This document shows positions 12,265 through 24,670 of a DNA stretch of 64,000 nt, piece after piece. The notes under the pieces were generated by a model. That model was given only the letters and a program-made list of their open reading frames with translations, was not told where the DNA came from and did not search any database. Each line of letters opens with the position of its first letter. Within the stretch, counting starts at the first letter, position 1. The position numbers and the translations under genes were made by a program. The DNA comes from Nemertoderma westbladi (Eukaryota; Animalia; Xenacoelomorpha), in assembly GCA_032718475.1 (NCBI GenBank), contig JAUCBJ010000073.1, positions 22,282 to 86,281 on the forward strand, in the 5' to 3' direction.

Positions 12265-15200
12265 CAGGGCCTTCATAAAATAACAGGCCTGGACACAGAG
12301 CTGCCCTCAAAAAAATAAGAGGCCAAGTAGGAAGTGTTACTTCATTTCACTCTATGATCATGGGACCAACACATATCAGTACTATATCGTGTATGGGGAA
12401 TTTAATGGACACATTTTTAAGTCACAGTTACCATAGCAACAGTGACTTTCTCCTTAGCAATGGGTAAACAAACAACTTTGTGGCCATTGGATCAACAGAA
12501 ATCAGTACTATATCGTGTATGGGGAGTTTAATGGACACATTTTTAAGTCAGTTACCATAGCAACATAGATTTTCTCCTTAGCAACGGCTGAACTAACAAG
12601 TTTGGGGCTATGTGACCAACACCCACCCCACTATATCGGGTATGACTTTCGCCCTAGCAACGGGTAAGTAAGGGCTCTTTTTCGTTATCTGTATGCTATA
12701 TACAGTAGCCTATACATCTATATCTATCTATATATCTATATCTATCTATAAGTATAAAGCCATTTCGTTATAAAGTAAGCTAACTTTTTATTGATGATAC
12801 CATTAATATCTGATAATAATTTATTGATATTACGTGAATGATTAATTAAACATTTACTTTATTTTCTGAACTGACATTAAAGATTGCGTTTCATAGATAA
12901 ATTATACAAAAAGAATTAGTATTTCGATCATGTTTGTAAAATGTTGACGTAAATAGTTCCATCATCCAACACTTTTCAACTTTTTGAGTTTTTTGTCGTC
13001 AGCTATCTGCTTTTTCCGTTTTGCTGATTCGTTTGTGACGTTTTTTCTGAAATTATTGAGAAGAATATTAGACAGCCGGCCCTGCAACGATGTTCCCTCA
13101 CCCATTTTGTGACCACTTTTACACTTTGACATGCCGAGCAGCTGTCCAAATAATGCAACTAATAATTTCCGTGGTGCTTTACTGGACAGGAATTTATTTC
13201 GTGTACTTGCTTCAGTCATCAACAGCTTTAGGCTTGCGAGACATCGTGAAACATATAATACAAGCCACTTACAAGGAACAGTGAGTTTTCCTCTGTCAAT
13301 CATCGTAGTATATTGAAATGACTTATCGAGGTAAATTGTTAAGTCATTGTCAGTTAGTTCAGCTTTGCAATCATCACATTTAATCTTATGTTTGATTCTG
13401 AAAGCTAACACTCCAGCCAAGTATATTACCACCATTGCATCATTTTCGGATTCTTCCTCTAGTAGACAGTCAACTTGTGGGTTACCCAGTATTGTATTTA
13501 TAATATCATAATCTTCACTAGTTAGACTGCTCTCACTACCATCACCTTTAAATTGATCCAGAAATGAGGAAAGAGTTAGATTGAAATTGCGCTGATTCGA
13601 TTGGAACAACTTTATGAGTGACTTCAGCTTTAGTTTTCGTTCAGAACAAATGATCTCGTACACACTGATGAGATAGGAGCACCCACTCATCCTCCGAAAT
13701 AGAGCAAAAAGGTGTTCTATTGCATCGTTCTGAAAACGTCCAGGTAAAATATACTTGTATAGTATAGATCAATATTGTAATTTGACAATGTTGTTACTTT
13801 CATCATCATGGACATAAGTAATTTCATTCCAGTCTGCAGTGATTGTGTTGGTAGATACTTTGTCTTTAACTTTTTCTTTAAAAAAACAGGTATTGTCAAA
13901 TATTGTTCCTCTCGAATCATCGTCAGTTGAAATCACTTCAACATTGGCATCCACATCATTCGCTTCATGGTTCTCCAAATCATCAATGTTGAAGTTCCAA
14001 TCTGATGTAGTTGGAAGTATATTTTTAATGTAAACCGTTGGTGTTGTTAGGAGCTTTGTAAATGGTGGGACAATTAACTCAATGGGATCAGGAAAAGTGA
14101 CTAAACCTTTGTTTACAAAGTTATTGCGGAAGCATTTTATTTCATGCACTGGATCTCCCATATTAAATAAAACTCTGCCAGTAAAGGGATTTATTATCAC
14201 AGCTCCTCCAATAGCCTCTGTGGCGCTATGATTCGTTCGATTACCATCCAGGATGAGAGCAATAGCATTCAGAGTACATACATGCAGTACTTTCAAACTT
14301 TCCATGATAGCATTCTTGAGAATATCTGTATTAAGGTTAACCACTGGTTTCATCATCACCACTTCCTTTTCTTTACTGCGCAGAAAAACTACCTGCATGA
14401 CCAAGAGTGTTTTTGCCAAATACTCACATACATCATTCTCACAAGGTATAGGGATTGGCCCTTCAGGTAATCCAAATAGTTTTCCTTCATTGTACATTAA
14501 TTTGGCTTGTACATAAACTTCGTCTATCTGCAGAATACAGTCATAGTCACGAAGGTGAGAAAATCTCGACGACCAGTAAGATTGAGCCTCTCCAATTCCA
14601 CTAACTAATCTTCTAAGATGACGCTCACTAGGAAAATATAGTAACTCTGACAGTTCGCGATAAGCAGCAGCGGAAATTGCATGCAAAATCACCGAGAAAC
14701 ACAATAAGTCAGCTAGTTTACCAAAACGGTGACGATTTGGAGGAGTGCAGCTTAACTCAATTTGATCTGCGCACAATCTAAATAACTTACTTTGCTTTTC
14801 ATCAACTACCTTATCTGAAAGTCCCTGTAGGTCTTTCACAACGCTTTCTATTGTAGCATTATGTATTTCATTCCATTCGACTTCTTTGGCAAAGGTTAAC
14901 ACACTATTCAATTCACTATATCGAGAGATCTTCTCCCATTTTGTCAAGTGCCCCGGCAACGTAATTTTCTTACCGTTAACGAAAACTTTCACCATGCCAT
15001 TGCTGTCTAAACTGACTAAAGAACCAGCTTCGCTTTCACCATGCTCTCCAAAAAGGTGAACGACATTTTCATTATTTTGGATTAAGTTATAGAATAGCTT
15101 GTTTGGTTCAGATAGTTCGCCCTCATCGAATTGAGATGTGGACACTATTATGTCACTTGACAAAAACTCTCTGATCTCCGCATCTAGTCTTTCACCCTCA

Positions 15201-15687
15201 TCTTCTCTTCTCTGCAGTTGATGCAAATGAATTTGAGCTTGCTTCCACATTACCCCGGCACGAAAACGGTGTTGCATCTCTATGAAGGCGCATTCTTTGC
15301 CCTGTTCCAATCACATGACTTGGAATGAAATGGTTCTCACAAACTCCCATACTATCAGTTAATGTCACTACACCATTTTCGCGTAGTGCCTCTTGCCACA
15401 ACTTTCTCTTTTCGACGTTTTTTGGTGGAGCAAAAACAGTTCTCAATGCACTCCGCTGACTCCCACTTTCACAGTTATTGACACTGCAGTGTCTAACCAT
15501 AATTTCAAAATTTCACAACACACAACAAGTATTTAATAAAATATTAAATTATTTTTGTTCTAGAACATAACTCCATTGGCAATTTGTGTAAATCCTTTAT
15601 GATTTTATTCTTGAAAACTTCCTACTTGGCCTCTTATTTTTTTGAGGGCAGCTCTGTGTCCAGGCCTGTTATTTTATGAAGGCCCTG
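12265..15687 (-). mobile_element. P-element superfamily DNA transposon, 3423 bp, 71-bp perfect TIRs, 7-bp TSD GCTCTGT
   Basis: TIRs at 12265-12335 and 15617-15687 (CAGGGCCTTCATAAAATAAC...). GCTCTGT at 12258-12264 and 15688-15694. Contains a THAP plus P-type transposase. Confidence 0.95.
12962..15500 (-). pseudogene. Disrupted THAP-domain P-element (THAP9-like) transposase
   Basis: THAP C2CH domain (CSVNNC...W...VCENHF) at 15500-15198; frameshift near 15200-15270; catalytic-type motifs IDEVYV, ILDG and DPVHEIKCFRNNF; in-frame TGA at 13769-13771, then YILPGRFQNDAIEHLFALFRRMSG and a C-terminal CxxC region. Confidence 0.9.
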
Positions 15688-15922
15688 GCTCTGTAGATCC
15701 CTGTAGGGCTCTACAGAGCCCTGTAGGGCTCTGTAGAGCTCTGTAGGGCTCTGTAGAGCTCTGTAGACCGTACTCTGTACTAAACGGTTTATTTTAAATT
15801 ATTTATTTTCTTGTCAAACAATTTCTACGAAAATGCGTTTAAATATGTTCACTATGGATACAACAAATGTTATTTTTGATTTGATAGCTACGAAATAATT
15901 TATAATTTATCTTACAATAATA

Positions 15923-16120
15923 ATGGAGGGGAGTTCAAGACCCACAAGTGTGGACCGAAGTTTGAGAAGAGAGATAACGTGTCTGACACCCTTACACGGG
16001 TTCCATACCAATAGTAGTCTTATAAAGTCAACATCGTCGCGTGAAACTGATTCTAATAATCGATTTAATTATGAATGTGGTGGTCTAGGAATGGACTATA
16101 TCAAGAAGTTGCAGAATCAC
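15923..16120 (+). CDS. Exon 1 of a two-exon uncharacterised coiled-coil-like protein (172 aa)
   Basis: ATG at 15923, 66 codons ending DYIKKLQNH, donor GTATGT at 16121 (phase 0); joins the exon at 17539 in frame. Confidence 0.7.
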
Positions 16121-17538
16121 GTATGTTTATAGTTTAATAAATTGTATTTTTATTTATTTAGTTTTATAGGCCTACTGTATCATTCGCTAGGTGTAATTTA
16201 TAATCAGAGTTCAAGTTGTTGTGTTGTTATTATCAGTTATCCGCAAAATATTTCTTGTTGGGCATATTTTTTCACATTATTTGGGTTTTATGCAGCAGCA
16301 TGAACTAAATATAGCGCGAGGCCGATCTACATTATTATTCTGTATTTAAGTTGAGTGTAACACGGCCTTGTGATGTCAGTGAACCAAACCCAGTTCCTAT
16401 ATAGAATGATGTATGGGATATAGAAAGAAGGTTTGGTCGAGAATTCGTATTGTTTGTATTTAGGCAGTTATTCATTGATTGTCCTACTACCCAACTACTT
16501 CACCCAATGGGTTTATAGTACCGGTGATTCGATTGCTGCCCTCCGGCTCCTTTATATTCTGTCCACTGACTCCCATTGATGAGATGAACCGCTCTGCCCT
16601 CGCCTTCTCTCTATCCGTTACCAGTGAATCCGTCTGATATCATCCGTGTCACTAACTCGGATGGGCCGAGGTTGGGACCCCGTCGCTTGCGTTCGTCGCG
16701 TCGCGACTAGCTGACTCAACGTGTCGGTACCCGCGGGTTAGACCTCCGGGGATGCCCGATGATTTTAATTCGAAGAACTCCGCCCAACATTATATTCTCA
16801 TTGTAATTTGGTTCAATGAATCCGCACATTTGTATTGATGAATGTTAACGGTGGATAAAGTTACACCCACAGACAGATAAAATCCATAAGCTTTGTGTTC
16901 TTCAGGTAGCAGTCACAAACCCTTGTATCCTTGTATACATTGCCGAAACACGCGTAATAATAGAGTATAGTTATCTTTTTTGATGTCTATCTTGTTTCGA
17001 GCGCACCACTTATTCCTATAATTTGGTTGTAGTTATATATTTTATATCGCCCGACACTGCTATATCAATCATAGTCGGATGCCACTGACTTATAGTAATT
17101 GTTGTATATAATTTTATTTAGTGTTAGTTCAGTTACCAAAACACATCAACACCCTGCAGGCACTAAGTATGAGAGTTTCCGGCCACTAACACCATGAAAC
17201 TAATCAGCCCGCCCCTGCTCTTGTCCTTGACAGCTGATTGGCGAGAGGAACGTGATGGAGAGCCAGTGACATTACCGAAGCGTCTACTGATAGAGTGATA
17301 GGCATTGGTATTGATAATGTAGATGGATTGGGTAGTTAGCAGTGAGTGACATGGCTGATCGCGATGAGTAGAGGTGTTGTGTTAGAGGGGCCGGCTAGCA
17401 GGTTGTGGGAGCGTCTTAGCCTTGGCCTACTTGGCCTTTTCAAAAATTAGGCCCTGGGCTCGGGCTGGTAGGTCAGGACTCATCCCTAATTAATTGAATA
17501 ATTTATTATTTAATGACGTAATATTTTACTATACGCAG

Positions 17539-17859
17539 ATATATCTTTTAGAACTGGAGATAGCGTTTCTCAGGGATGAATTGAACTCGAGTTTGGCTAT
17601 AAAACGCGATATAGTAGCCGAAGCTGGTATTATAGTTGAAGATCTACAAAATAAAAGCGATAAGCTGGATTACCTAACTGATCGTCATATGTTAAAGCAA
17701 TCGAGTAGCAGTGATGGTCTATCACACATGTGGACCAACGTTGATATTCGATATCCACAGAGATTGCGTGACGCACCTGGTAGCAGTAGGAGTTTAGTTG
17801 ATGGTTTCTCAACTCAAAGGGACAATAATTCACCTGATAGCTTAGATGAAACTCAGTAG
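17539..17859 (+). CDS. Exon 2 (terminal) of the same uncharacterised protein
   Basis: Acceptor TTTTACTATACGCAG, then IYLLELEIAFLRDELN...DETQ*; AATAAA at about 17906. The junction creates the heptad-like DYIKKLQNHIYLLELEIAFLR. Confidence 0.7.
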   Translation: MYLLELEIAFLRDELNSSLAIKRDIVAEAGIIVEDLQNKSDKLDYLTDRHMLKQSSSSDGLSHMWTNVDIRYPQRLRDAPGSSRSLVDGFSTQRDNNSPDSLDETQ

Positions 17860-18142
17860 TTATGAATTAGGCGACATTTATGTTTACTTGTTTTTCATAC
17901 TTCTAAATAAATATTAAACACATTTTAATTTCGAATTTCCCAAAAACTGAAATACACGTTGTTTGAATCCCCCTGACAACCCACCCACCCCCCCCCCCCC
18001 CCCCCCCCCTCCCCTCCCGCCTGTATCATTGTCAAGGCCCACATGGCAGCTTTGACAACACTAGCACCCGCTATTGTCAACTCCTGTCAGTGCACATAAA
18101 GTGGAAGGGAAACAAATAAAAATAAAATAATAAATACCAATA

Positions 18143-18661
18143 TACACCATAACCAGTAATATAGTGTCATTTTCTGAGGTCAAAAGAGAAATAGGCGTTC
18201 AAAGATTACATAAATTATCGTTCGCTGAAGGCCATTTATTATATTCAATAAAATAATACACAATGTTCTGGAACACTCTGTTAATGTATGACTAGCTAAG
18301 CAATAACTACTCATAAAATAAATAACACGTTCAAGAATTTTGTGTATTTATTAAATAGAATAAATGGCCTGCATCGAACAATAATTCTTGCAAATCTTTG
18401 AACGCCTATATCTCAGCTGTTTCTCAACTAAATTCAGATATTGTTACATATTTCACAAAAGACACTTTTTTAAAACGCTGACAAAAAATTTCAAAGCAAA
18501 ATCGGAAATTCCGGTTTCATGGCAACAACCACGGTGAGTTGAACTAGTTGTGTTTCAAATTTAAAGCAATTTGATTAAGATTTGTAGAAAAATTTTTTTT
18601 TGGGGGGGGGGGGGGGGTCCGTGTCATCAGAAAATGACACTATATTACGGGTCATGGTGTA
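18143..18661. mobile_element. Palindromic MITE with TA flanks (Tc1/mariner-type), left arm partly deleted; same family as 38017-38934
   Basis: TACACCATAACCAGTAATATAGTGTCATTTTCTGA versus the reverse complement of TCAGAAAATGACACTATATTACGGGTCATGGTGTA; TA on both sides; internal inverted segments and a poly-G tract. Confidence 0.75.
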
Positions 18662-18768
18662 TATCAATATTATAACAAAATAAAATTCTCTAAAATGCTT
18701 AACTCATCGCTTCCTTTCTAAACTATTGAATGAAATAGATAAATAAACCCAACTAAAATCATACAAAC

Positions 18769-18808
18769 TACTAGAAAGCCTGTGGCCTTTGGCCACAGCT
18801 TTCTAGTA
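18769..18808. other. 40-bp near-perfect hairpin with CTAG-containing ends, possible minimal Helitron-like remnant
   Basis: TACTAGAAAGCCTGTGGCC-TTT-GGCCACAGCTTTCTAGTA: 18-bp stem with a one-base bulge. Confidence 0.5.
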
Positions 18809-18933
18809 CACAAACTTGTTCAACAATTCAAACATAAATTTAATTTTTTAGTTACTGTAACTTAAAAGGAAATGTCACAAAACACAGTTTTCACTCAAAC
18901 AAAGGCAGCTTTACCTGGCAGGTGACTACTAAC

Positions 18934-21900
18934 TAGGGCTTATACCGGTACTGTGTAGCAGTAGGGCTTATACTGTGTAGCAGTAGGGCTTATACTGTGT
19001 AGCAGTAGGGCTTATACTGTGTAGCGGTAGGGCTTATACTGTGTAGCGGTAGGGCTTATACTGTGTAGCGGTAGGGCTTATACTGTGTAGCAGTAGGGCT
19101 TATACTGTGTAGCAGTAGGGCTTATACTGTGTAGCGGTAGGGCTTATACTGTGTAGCGGTAGGGCTTATACTGTGTAGCAGTAGGGCTTATACTGTGTAG
19201 CAGTAGGGCTTATACTGTGTAGCGGTAGGGCTTATACTGTGTAGCGGTAGGGCTTATACTGTGTAGCGGTAGGGCTTATACTGTGTAGCGGTAGGGCTTA
19301 TACTGTGTAGCAGTAGGGCTTATACTGTGTAGCGGTAGGGCTTATACTGTGTAGCGGTAGGGCTTATACTGTGTAGCGGTAGGGCTTATACTGTGTAGCG
19401 GTAGGGCTTATACTGTGTAGCAGTAGGGCTTATACTGTGTAGCGGTAGGGCTTATACTGTGTAGCGGTAGGGCTTATACTGTGTAGCGGTAGGGCTTATA
19501 CTGTGTAGCGGTAGTGCTTATACTGTGTAGCGGTAGGGCTTATACTGGTAGCGGTAGGGCTTATACTGGTAGCGGTAGGGCTTATACTGTGTAGCGGGTA
19601 GGGGCTTATACTGTGTAGCGGTAGGGCTTATACTGTGTAGCGGTTGGGCTTATGCTGTGTAGCAGTAGGGCTTATACTGTGTAGCAGTAGGGCTTATACT
19701 GTGTAGCGGTAGGGCTTATACTGTGTAGCGGTAGGGCTTATACTGTGTAGCGGTAGGGCTTATACTGTGTAGCGGTAGGGCTTATACTGTGTAGTGGTAG
19801 GGCTTATACTGTGTAGCGGTAGGGCTTATACTGTGTAGCGGTAGGGCTTATACTGTGTAGCGGTAGGGCTTATACTGTGTAGCGGTAGGGCTTATACTGT
19901 GTAGCGGTAGGGCTTATACTGTGTAGCGGTAGGGCTTATACTGTGTAGCGGTAGGGCTTATACTGTGTAGCGGTAGGGCTTATACTGTATAGCAGTAGGG
20001 CTTATACTGTGTAGCGGTAGGGCTTATACTGTGTAGCGGTAGGGCTTATACTGTGTAGTGGTAGGGCTTATACTGTGTAGCGGTAGAGCTTATACTGTGT
20101 AGCGGTAGGGCTTATACTGTGTAGCGGTAGGGCTTATACTGTGTAGCGGTAGGGCTTATACTGGTAGCAGTAGGGCTTATACTGGTAGCGGTAGGGCTTA
20201 TACTGGTAGCAGTAGGGCTTATACTGTGTAGCAGTAGGGCTTATACTGTGTAGCGGTAGGGCTTATACTGGTAGCGGTAGGGCTTATACTGGTAGCAGTA
20301 GAGCTTATACTGGTAGCGGTAGGGCTTATACTGTGTAGCAGTAGGGCTTATACTGTGTAGCGGTAGGGCTTATACTGGTAGCGGTAGGGCTTATACTGGT
20401 AGCAGTAGGGCTTATACTGGTAGCAGTAGGGCTTATACTGTGTAGTGGTAGGGCTTATACTGTGTAGCGGTAGGGCTTATACTGTGTAGCGGTAGGGCTT
20501 ATACTGTGTAGCGGTAGGGCTTATACTGTGTAGCGGTAGGGCTTATACTGTGTAGCGGTAGGGCTTATACTGTGTAGCAGTAGGGCTTATACTGTGTAGC
20601 AGTAGGGCTTATACTGTGTAGCGGTAGGGCTTATACTGTGTAGCGGTAGGGCTTATACTGTGTAGCGGTAGGGCTTATACTGTGTAGCGGTAGGGCTTAT
20701 ACTGTGTAGCGGTAGGGCTTATACTGTGTAGCAGTGGGGCTTATACTGTGTAGCGGTAGGGCTTATACTGTGTAGCGGTAGGGCTTATACTGTGTAGCGG
20801 TAGGGCTTATACTGTGTAGCGGTAGGGCTTATACTGTGTAGCGGTAGGGCTTATACTGTGTAGCGGTAGGGCTTATACTGTGTAGCGGTAGGGCTTATAC
20901 TGTGTAGCAGTAGGGCTTATACTGTGTAGCGGTAGGGCTTATACTGTGTAGCAGTAGGGCTTATACTGTGTAGCGGTAGGGCTTATACTGTGTAGCGGTA
21001 GGGCTTATACTGTGTAGCGGTAGGGCTTATACTGTGTAGCGGTAGGGCTTATACTGTGTAGCAGTAGGGCTTATACTGGTAGCGGTAGGGCTTATACTGT
21101 GTAGTGGTAGGGCTTATACTGTGTAGCGGTAGGGCTTATACTGTGTAGCGGTAGGGCTTATACTGTGTAGCGGTAGTACTTATACTGTGTAGCGGTAGGG
21201 CTTATACTGTGTAGCGGTAGGGCTTATACTGTGTAGCGGTAGGGCTTATACTGTGTAGCGGTAGGGCTTATACTGTGTAGCGGTAGGGCTTATACTGTGT
21301 AGCGGTAGGGCTTATACTGTGTAGCGGTAGGGCTTATACTGGTAGCAGTAGGGCTTATACTGGTAGCAGTAGGGCTTATACTGGTAGCAGTAGGGCTTAT
21401 ACTGTGTAGCGGTAGGGCTTATACTGTGTAGGGGTAGGGCTTATACTGTGTAGCGGTAGGGCTTATACTGTGTAGCGGTAGGGCTTATACTGTGTAGCGG
21501 TAGGGCTTATACTGTGTAGCGGTAGGGCTTATACTGTGTAGCGGTAGGGCTTATACTGTGTAGCGGTAGGGCTTATACTGTGTAGCGGTAGGGCTTATAC
21601 TGTGTAGCGGTAGGGCTTATACTGTGTAGCGGTAGGGCTTATACTGTGTAGCGGTAGGGCTTATACTGTGTAGCGGTAGGGCTTATACTGTGTAGCGGTA
21701 GGGCTTATACTGTGTAGCAGTGGGGCTTATACTGTGTAGCGGTAGGGCTTATACTGTGTAGCGGTAGGGCTTATACTGTGTAGCGGTAGGGCTTATACTG
21801 TGTAGCGGTAGGGCTTATACTGTGTAGCGGTAGGGCTTATACTGGTAGCGGTAGGGCTTATACTGGTAGTGGTAGGGCTTATACTGTGTAGCAGTAGGGC

Positions 21901-22113
21901 TTATACTGTGTAGCAGTAGGGCTTATACTGTGTAGCGGTAGGGCTTATACTGTGTAGCGGTAGGGCTTATACTGTGTAGCGGTAGGGCTTATACTGGTAG
22001 CGGTAGGGCTTATACTGGTAGCGGTAGGGCTTATACTGTGTAGCGGTAGGGCTTATACTGTGTAGCGGTAGGGCTTATACTGTGTAGCGGTAGGGCTTAT
22101 ACTGTGTAGCGGT
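18934..22113. repeat. 22-bp minisatellite (TAGGGCTTATACTGTGTAGCGG)n with 20-bp variants, about 3.2 kb
   Basis: Directly visible tandem array. Confidence 0.97.
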
Positions 22114-22159
22114 TATCTGCCAAAGCAAATCCAAAAAGGTTATGAGCAACAAAATTGGA

Positions 22160-22440
22160 CATGGATTTAATTTCAAACATTTCTTTCACTTTCACGTATT
22201 TCGCCCCCTTGTGGCAGACTTGAGAACTGCAGACTGATCAGCGCCCTCGCAGCCTTTGGTGTAGTAGACCTCTGCCAAGTATCAGCTAAAAAGCATTATA
22301 AATAACAAAATGGGAGAAATTTTCACTTTCTGACATTTCACCCTCTAGCGGTAGACTGGAGAACTGCAGAAGAGTCTGTGTCTTCCCAAACACGCAGCCT
22401 GTGATCAGGTCCATATCTGCAAAGTGTCAGTTAGAACAGG
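22160..22440. mobile_element. Fragment of the internal ~140-150-bp repeat of the Helentron-associated-like family at 49537-50801
   Basis: TTTCACTTTC...CATTTCACCCTCTAGCGGTAGACTGGAGAACTGCAGA matches units at 49.9-50.4 kb. Confidence 0.65.
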
Positions 22441-23894
22441 CTGAGTCTGTAGGGGCAACTACTCTTTATACAGTTTCCTGCCTGCTGACCAGAAATTTTG
22501 CCCAAATCGTCTACAGAATAGAATAGCCCAATTTGACCACAAATACGCATTCACACATAAAATGACGCATACAAGATAACGGTAGTTCGCGTTCAGGTGC
22601 TCGGGACGACCTACTTCACATAGATGCGCAAGATATAGTCAAGACCCAACGTGTGAGTGAAAGACTGAACTGCGAGGCCTATTTGTACTGCAAAAATCTA
22701 AGTAAAACATTTAAAAATATACGGTAAATTTTGCGACCATACCGAGTTCGGGTTGGAATTTGTTTAGTTGCATTGTTAGACGGTTTGGCCCAACTACAAT
22801 TAATTAAATCTGTTAACGCAACCCGAATGAACTAAGTTGGGGGACAAACTATTTGGAGTAAACCTATTGTGTAGGATCCGTCTACCGGCCCTGCGTGCTC
22901 AGGTAATATGCGCTGCGCATATACACCGCCACGTGCCTACAAGGAGACACTATGAATCCTGTGAGCGCTGAGGATGACCCCACGACCCAACCCTAGTGTC
23001 AGCCGTTCGTTATCTACGCATTCCGTTCATACTACCTCTCTTTGTCTCCCATAGGAGGGATGGATTGTTCATCGCACCACTCCCAACATGACTGCCGACA
23101 CCGTGCCCTCTCTCTCTCTCTCGTCCCTATAATAGTCCAGGTAGGCCCTTCATTGTGCCAAGTTTAACGGTTTAAACATTATCTAGACTATTATTATAAC
23201 GGTATATACATCGCAATAATATGTTTGTTATTGGGATAATTTAAATTTGGGTATATTTTCCCATTGAGTTCGGTGAAATGATTTAAAATTTAATTTATTT
23301 AACGGCCCATGGTGTTTCTGCTGTACTACAGTAAGACATCTCAAAGAGTCTAATTCAGAGAGAAAGGAGAATTTCAATTCAGACGTATTTACTAAACTGT
23401 TTGTAAGGTTAGTTTTGAGTTCATTATTTTAATAATTTGCCTGCTTGCAAATAACAAGTTTCATCGTTGTATGAAAAGTAGCACTTTTCATCATCTTTTA
23501 CGTATTTTATGTACCAAGTGAGCGCAATGAGAGAGGTTTACACAAGTACACATGGAACAAGTGTTGCGCTTTTCATACACTAATGTAGATGAACTTCGGC
23601 GTTTTGAAAGCAAAATTAATCACATTTATATTGCGAACTTAGCGACCTTATTTTTGAGGAGAATCAACAGACAGTATTTTTCTGTACCCAACTAACATGC
23701 AATTAGGCCAAAGATTATTGTTGATATGCTATTTTTTTAGTGACGATTATTTGGAACATTACCATTAAATTCTTTCATATTGTAACGTTTGTAATGGATT
23801 GTAGTTTCTATAACAACCGTATGGTAGAGTGTAAACGCTACGCCGACAAATCACAACGGTTTTGGGTCGAATGTCCGAATGAGACGAAGGATAT

Positions 23895-24308
23895 TGTTAC
23901 ATTATGAACCTGTTGCATTATGAACCTGTTACATTATGAACCTGTTGCATTATGAACCTGTTGCATTATGAACCTGTTACATTATGAACCTGTTGCATTA
24001 TGAACCTGTTGCATTATGAACCTGTTGCATTATGAACCTGTTGCATTATGAACCTGTTGCATTATGAACCTGTTGCATTACGAACCTGTTGCATTATGAA
24101 CCTGTTGCATTATGAACCTGTTGCATTATGAACCTGTTGCATTACGAACCTGTTACATTATGAACCTGTTGCATTACGAACCTGTTGCATTATGAACCTG
24201 TTGCATTATGAACCTGTTGCATTATGAACCTGTTGCATTATGAACCTGTTGCATTATGAACCTGTTGCATTATGAACCTGTTGCATTACGAACCTGTTAC
24301 ATTATGAA
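23895..24308. repeat. 16-bp minisatellite (TGTTGCATTATGAACC)n
   Basis: Directly visible, about 26 units. Confidence 0.95.
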
Positions 24309-24410
24309 CTGTATTAAGTGTTCTTGACTCTCACTTATTGCTTTCGTTAGGATATCAGTGTGTTCCCTTCCTTCGCCCTTAATAATTGATAATTAACATT
24401 AATAATAGTT

Positions 24411-24670
24411 GTGGGGCGAGCCATGAAGTCTAGGTGATCCTTTACGTAGCGGTATAATTTGTGGACCGTCTGTCGCGAATGTAAGAAAGTCTATCAAGCA
24501 TTGATGAAATGAACCAAACTTGGTACAAATGTCGTCTATCAAAGGTCTACACACTCATACAGTTCCTCTGTCGGTCGCTAGGTGGCGAATGACTTATTCT
24601 ACGAATGTCCACTAATTGTACCACCCACTACACAAAGGCTAGACATAGTGCTGCGCGAAGCTCCCACGAA
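24411..24670 (+). mobile_element. Short Helentron-associated (HINE/DINE-1-like) non-autonomous element
   Basis: Starts TT|GTGGGGCGAGCCATGAAGT, contains CTGTCG and TGATGAAATGAACCAAACTTGGTAC, ends GTGCTGCGCGAAGCTCCCAC; termini shared with the copies at 33221 and 50801. Confidence 0.65.

Larger units (their letters stand above)
12156..15767. repeat. Short 10/20-bp repeat (GGGCTCTGTAGAGCTCTGTA)n at 12156-12264 and 15688-15767, split by the P-element insertion
   Basis: The same repeat lies on both flanks of the transposon and is in register once one TSD copy is removed. Confidence 0.85.

Noticed and set aside
13769-13771. In-frame TGA in the transposase as selenocysteine or readthrough
   Set aside because: The element also has a frameshift and an apparent deletion next to this codon, so decay is simpler.
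16500-16800. GC-rich patch in the intron of the two-exon gene
   Set aside because: No sustained open frame or recognisable motif on either strand.
18934-22113. Telomere-like TAGGG array or splice-junction array
   Set aside because: The unit is 22 bp rather than a telomeric hexamer, and no adjoining exon could be identified.
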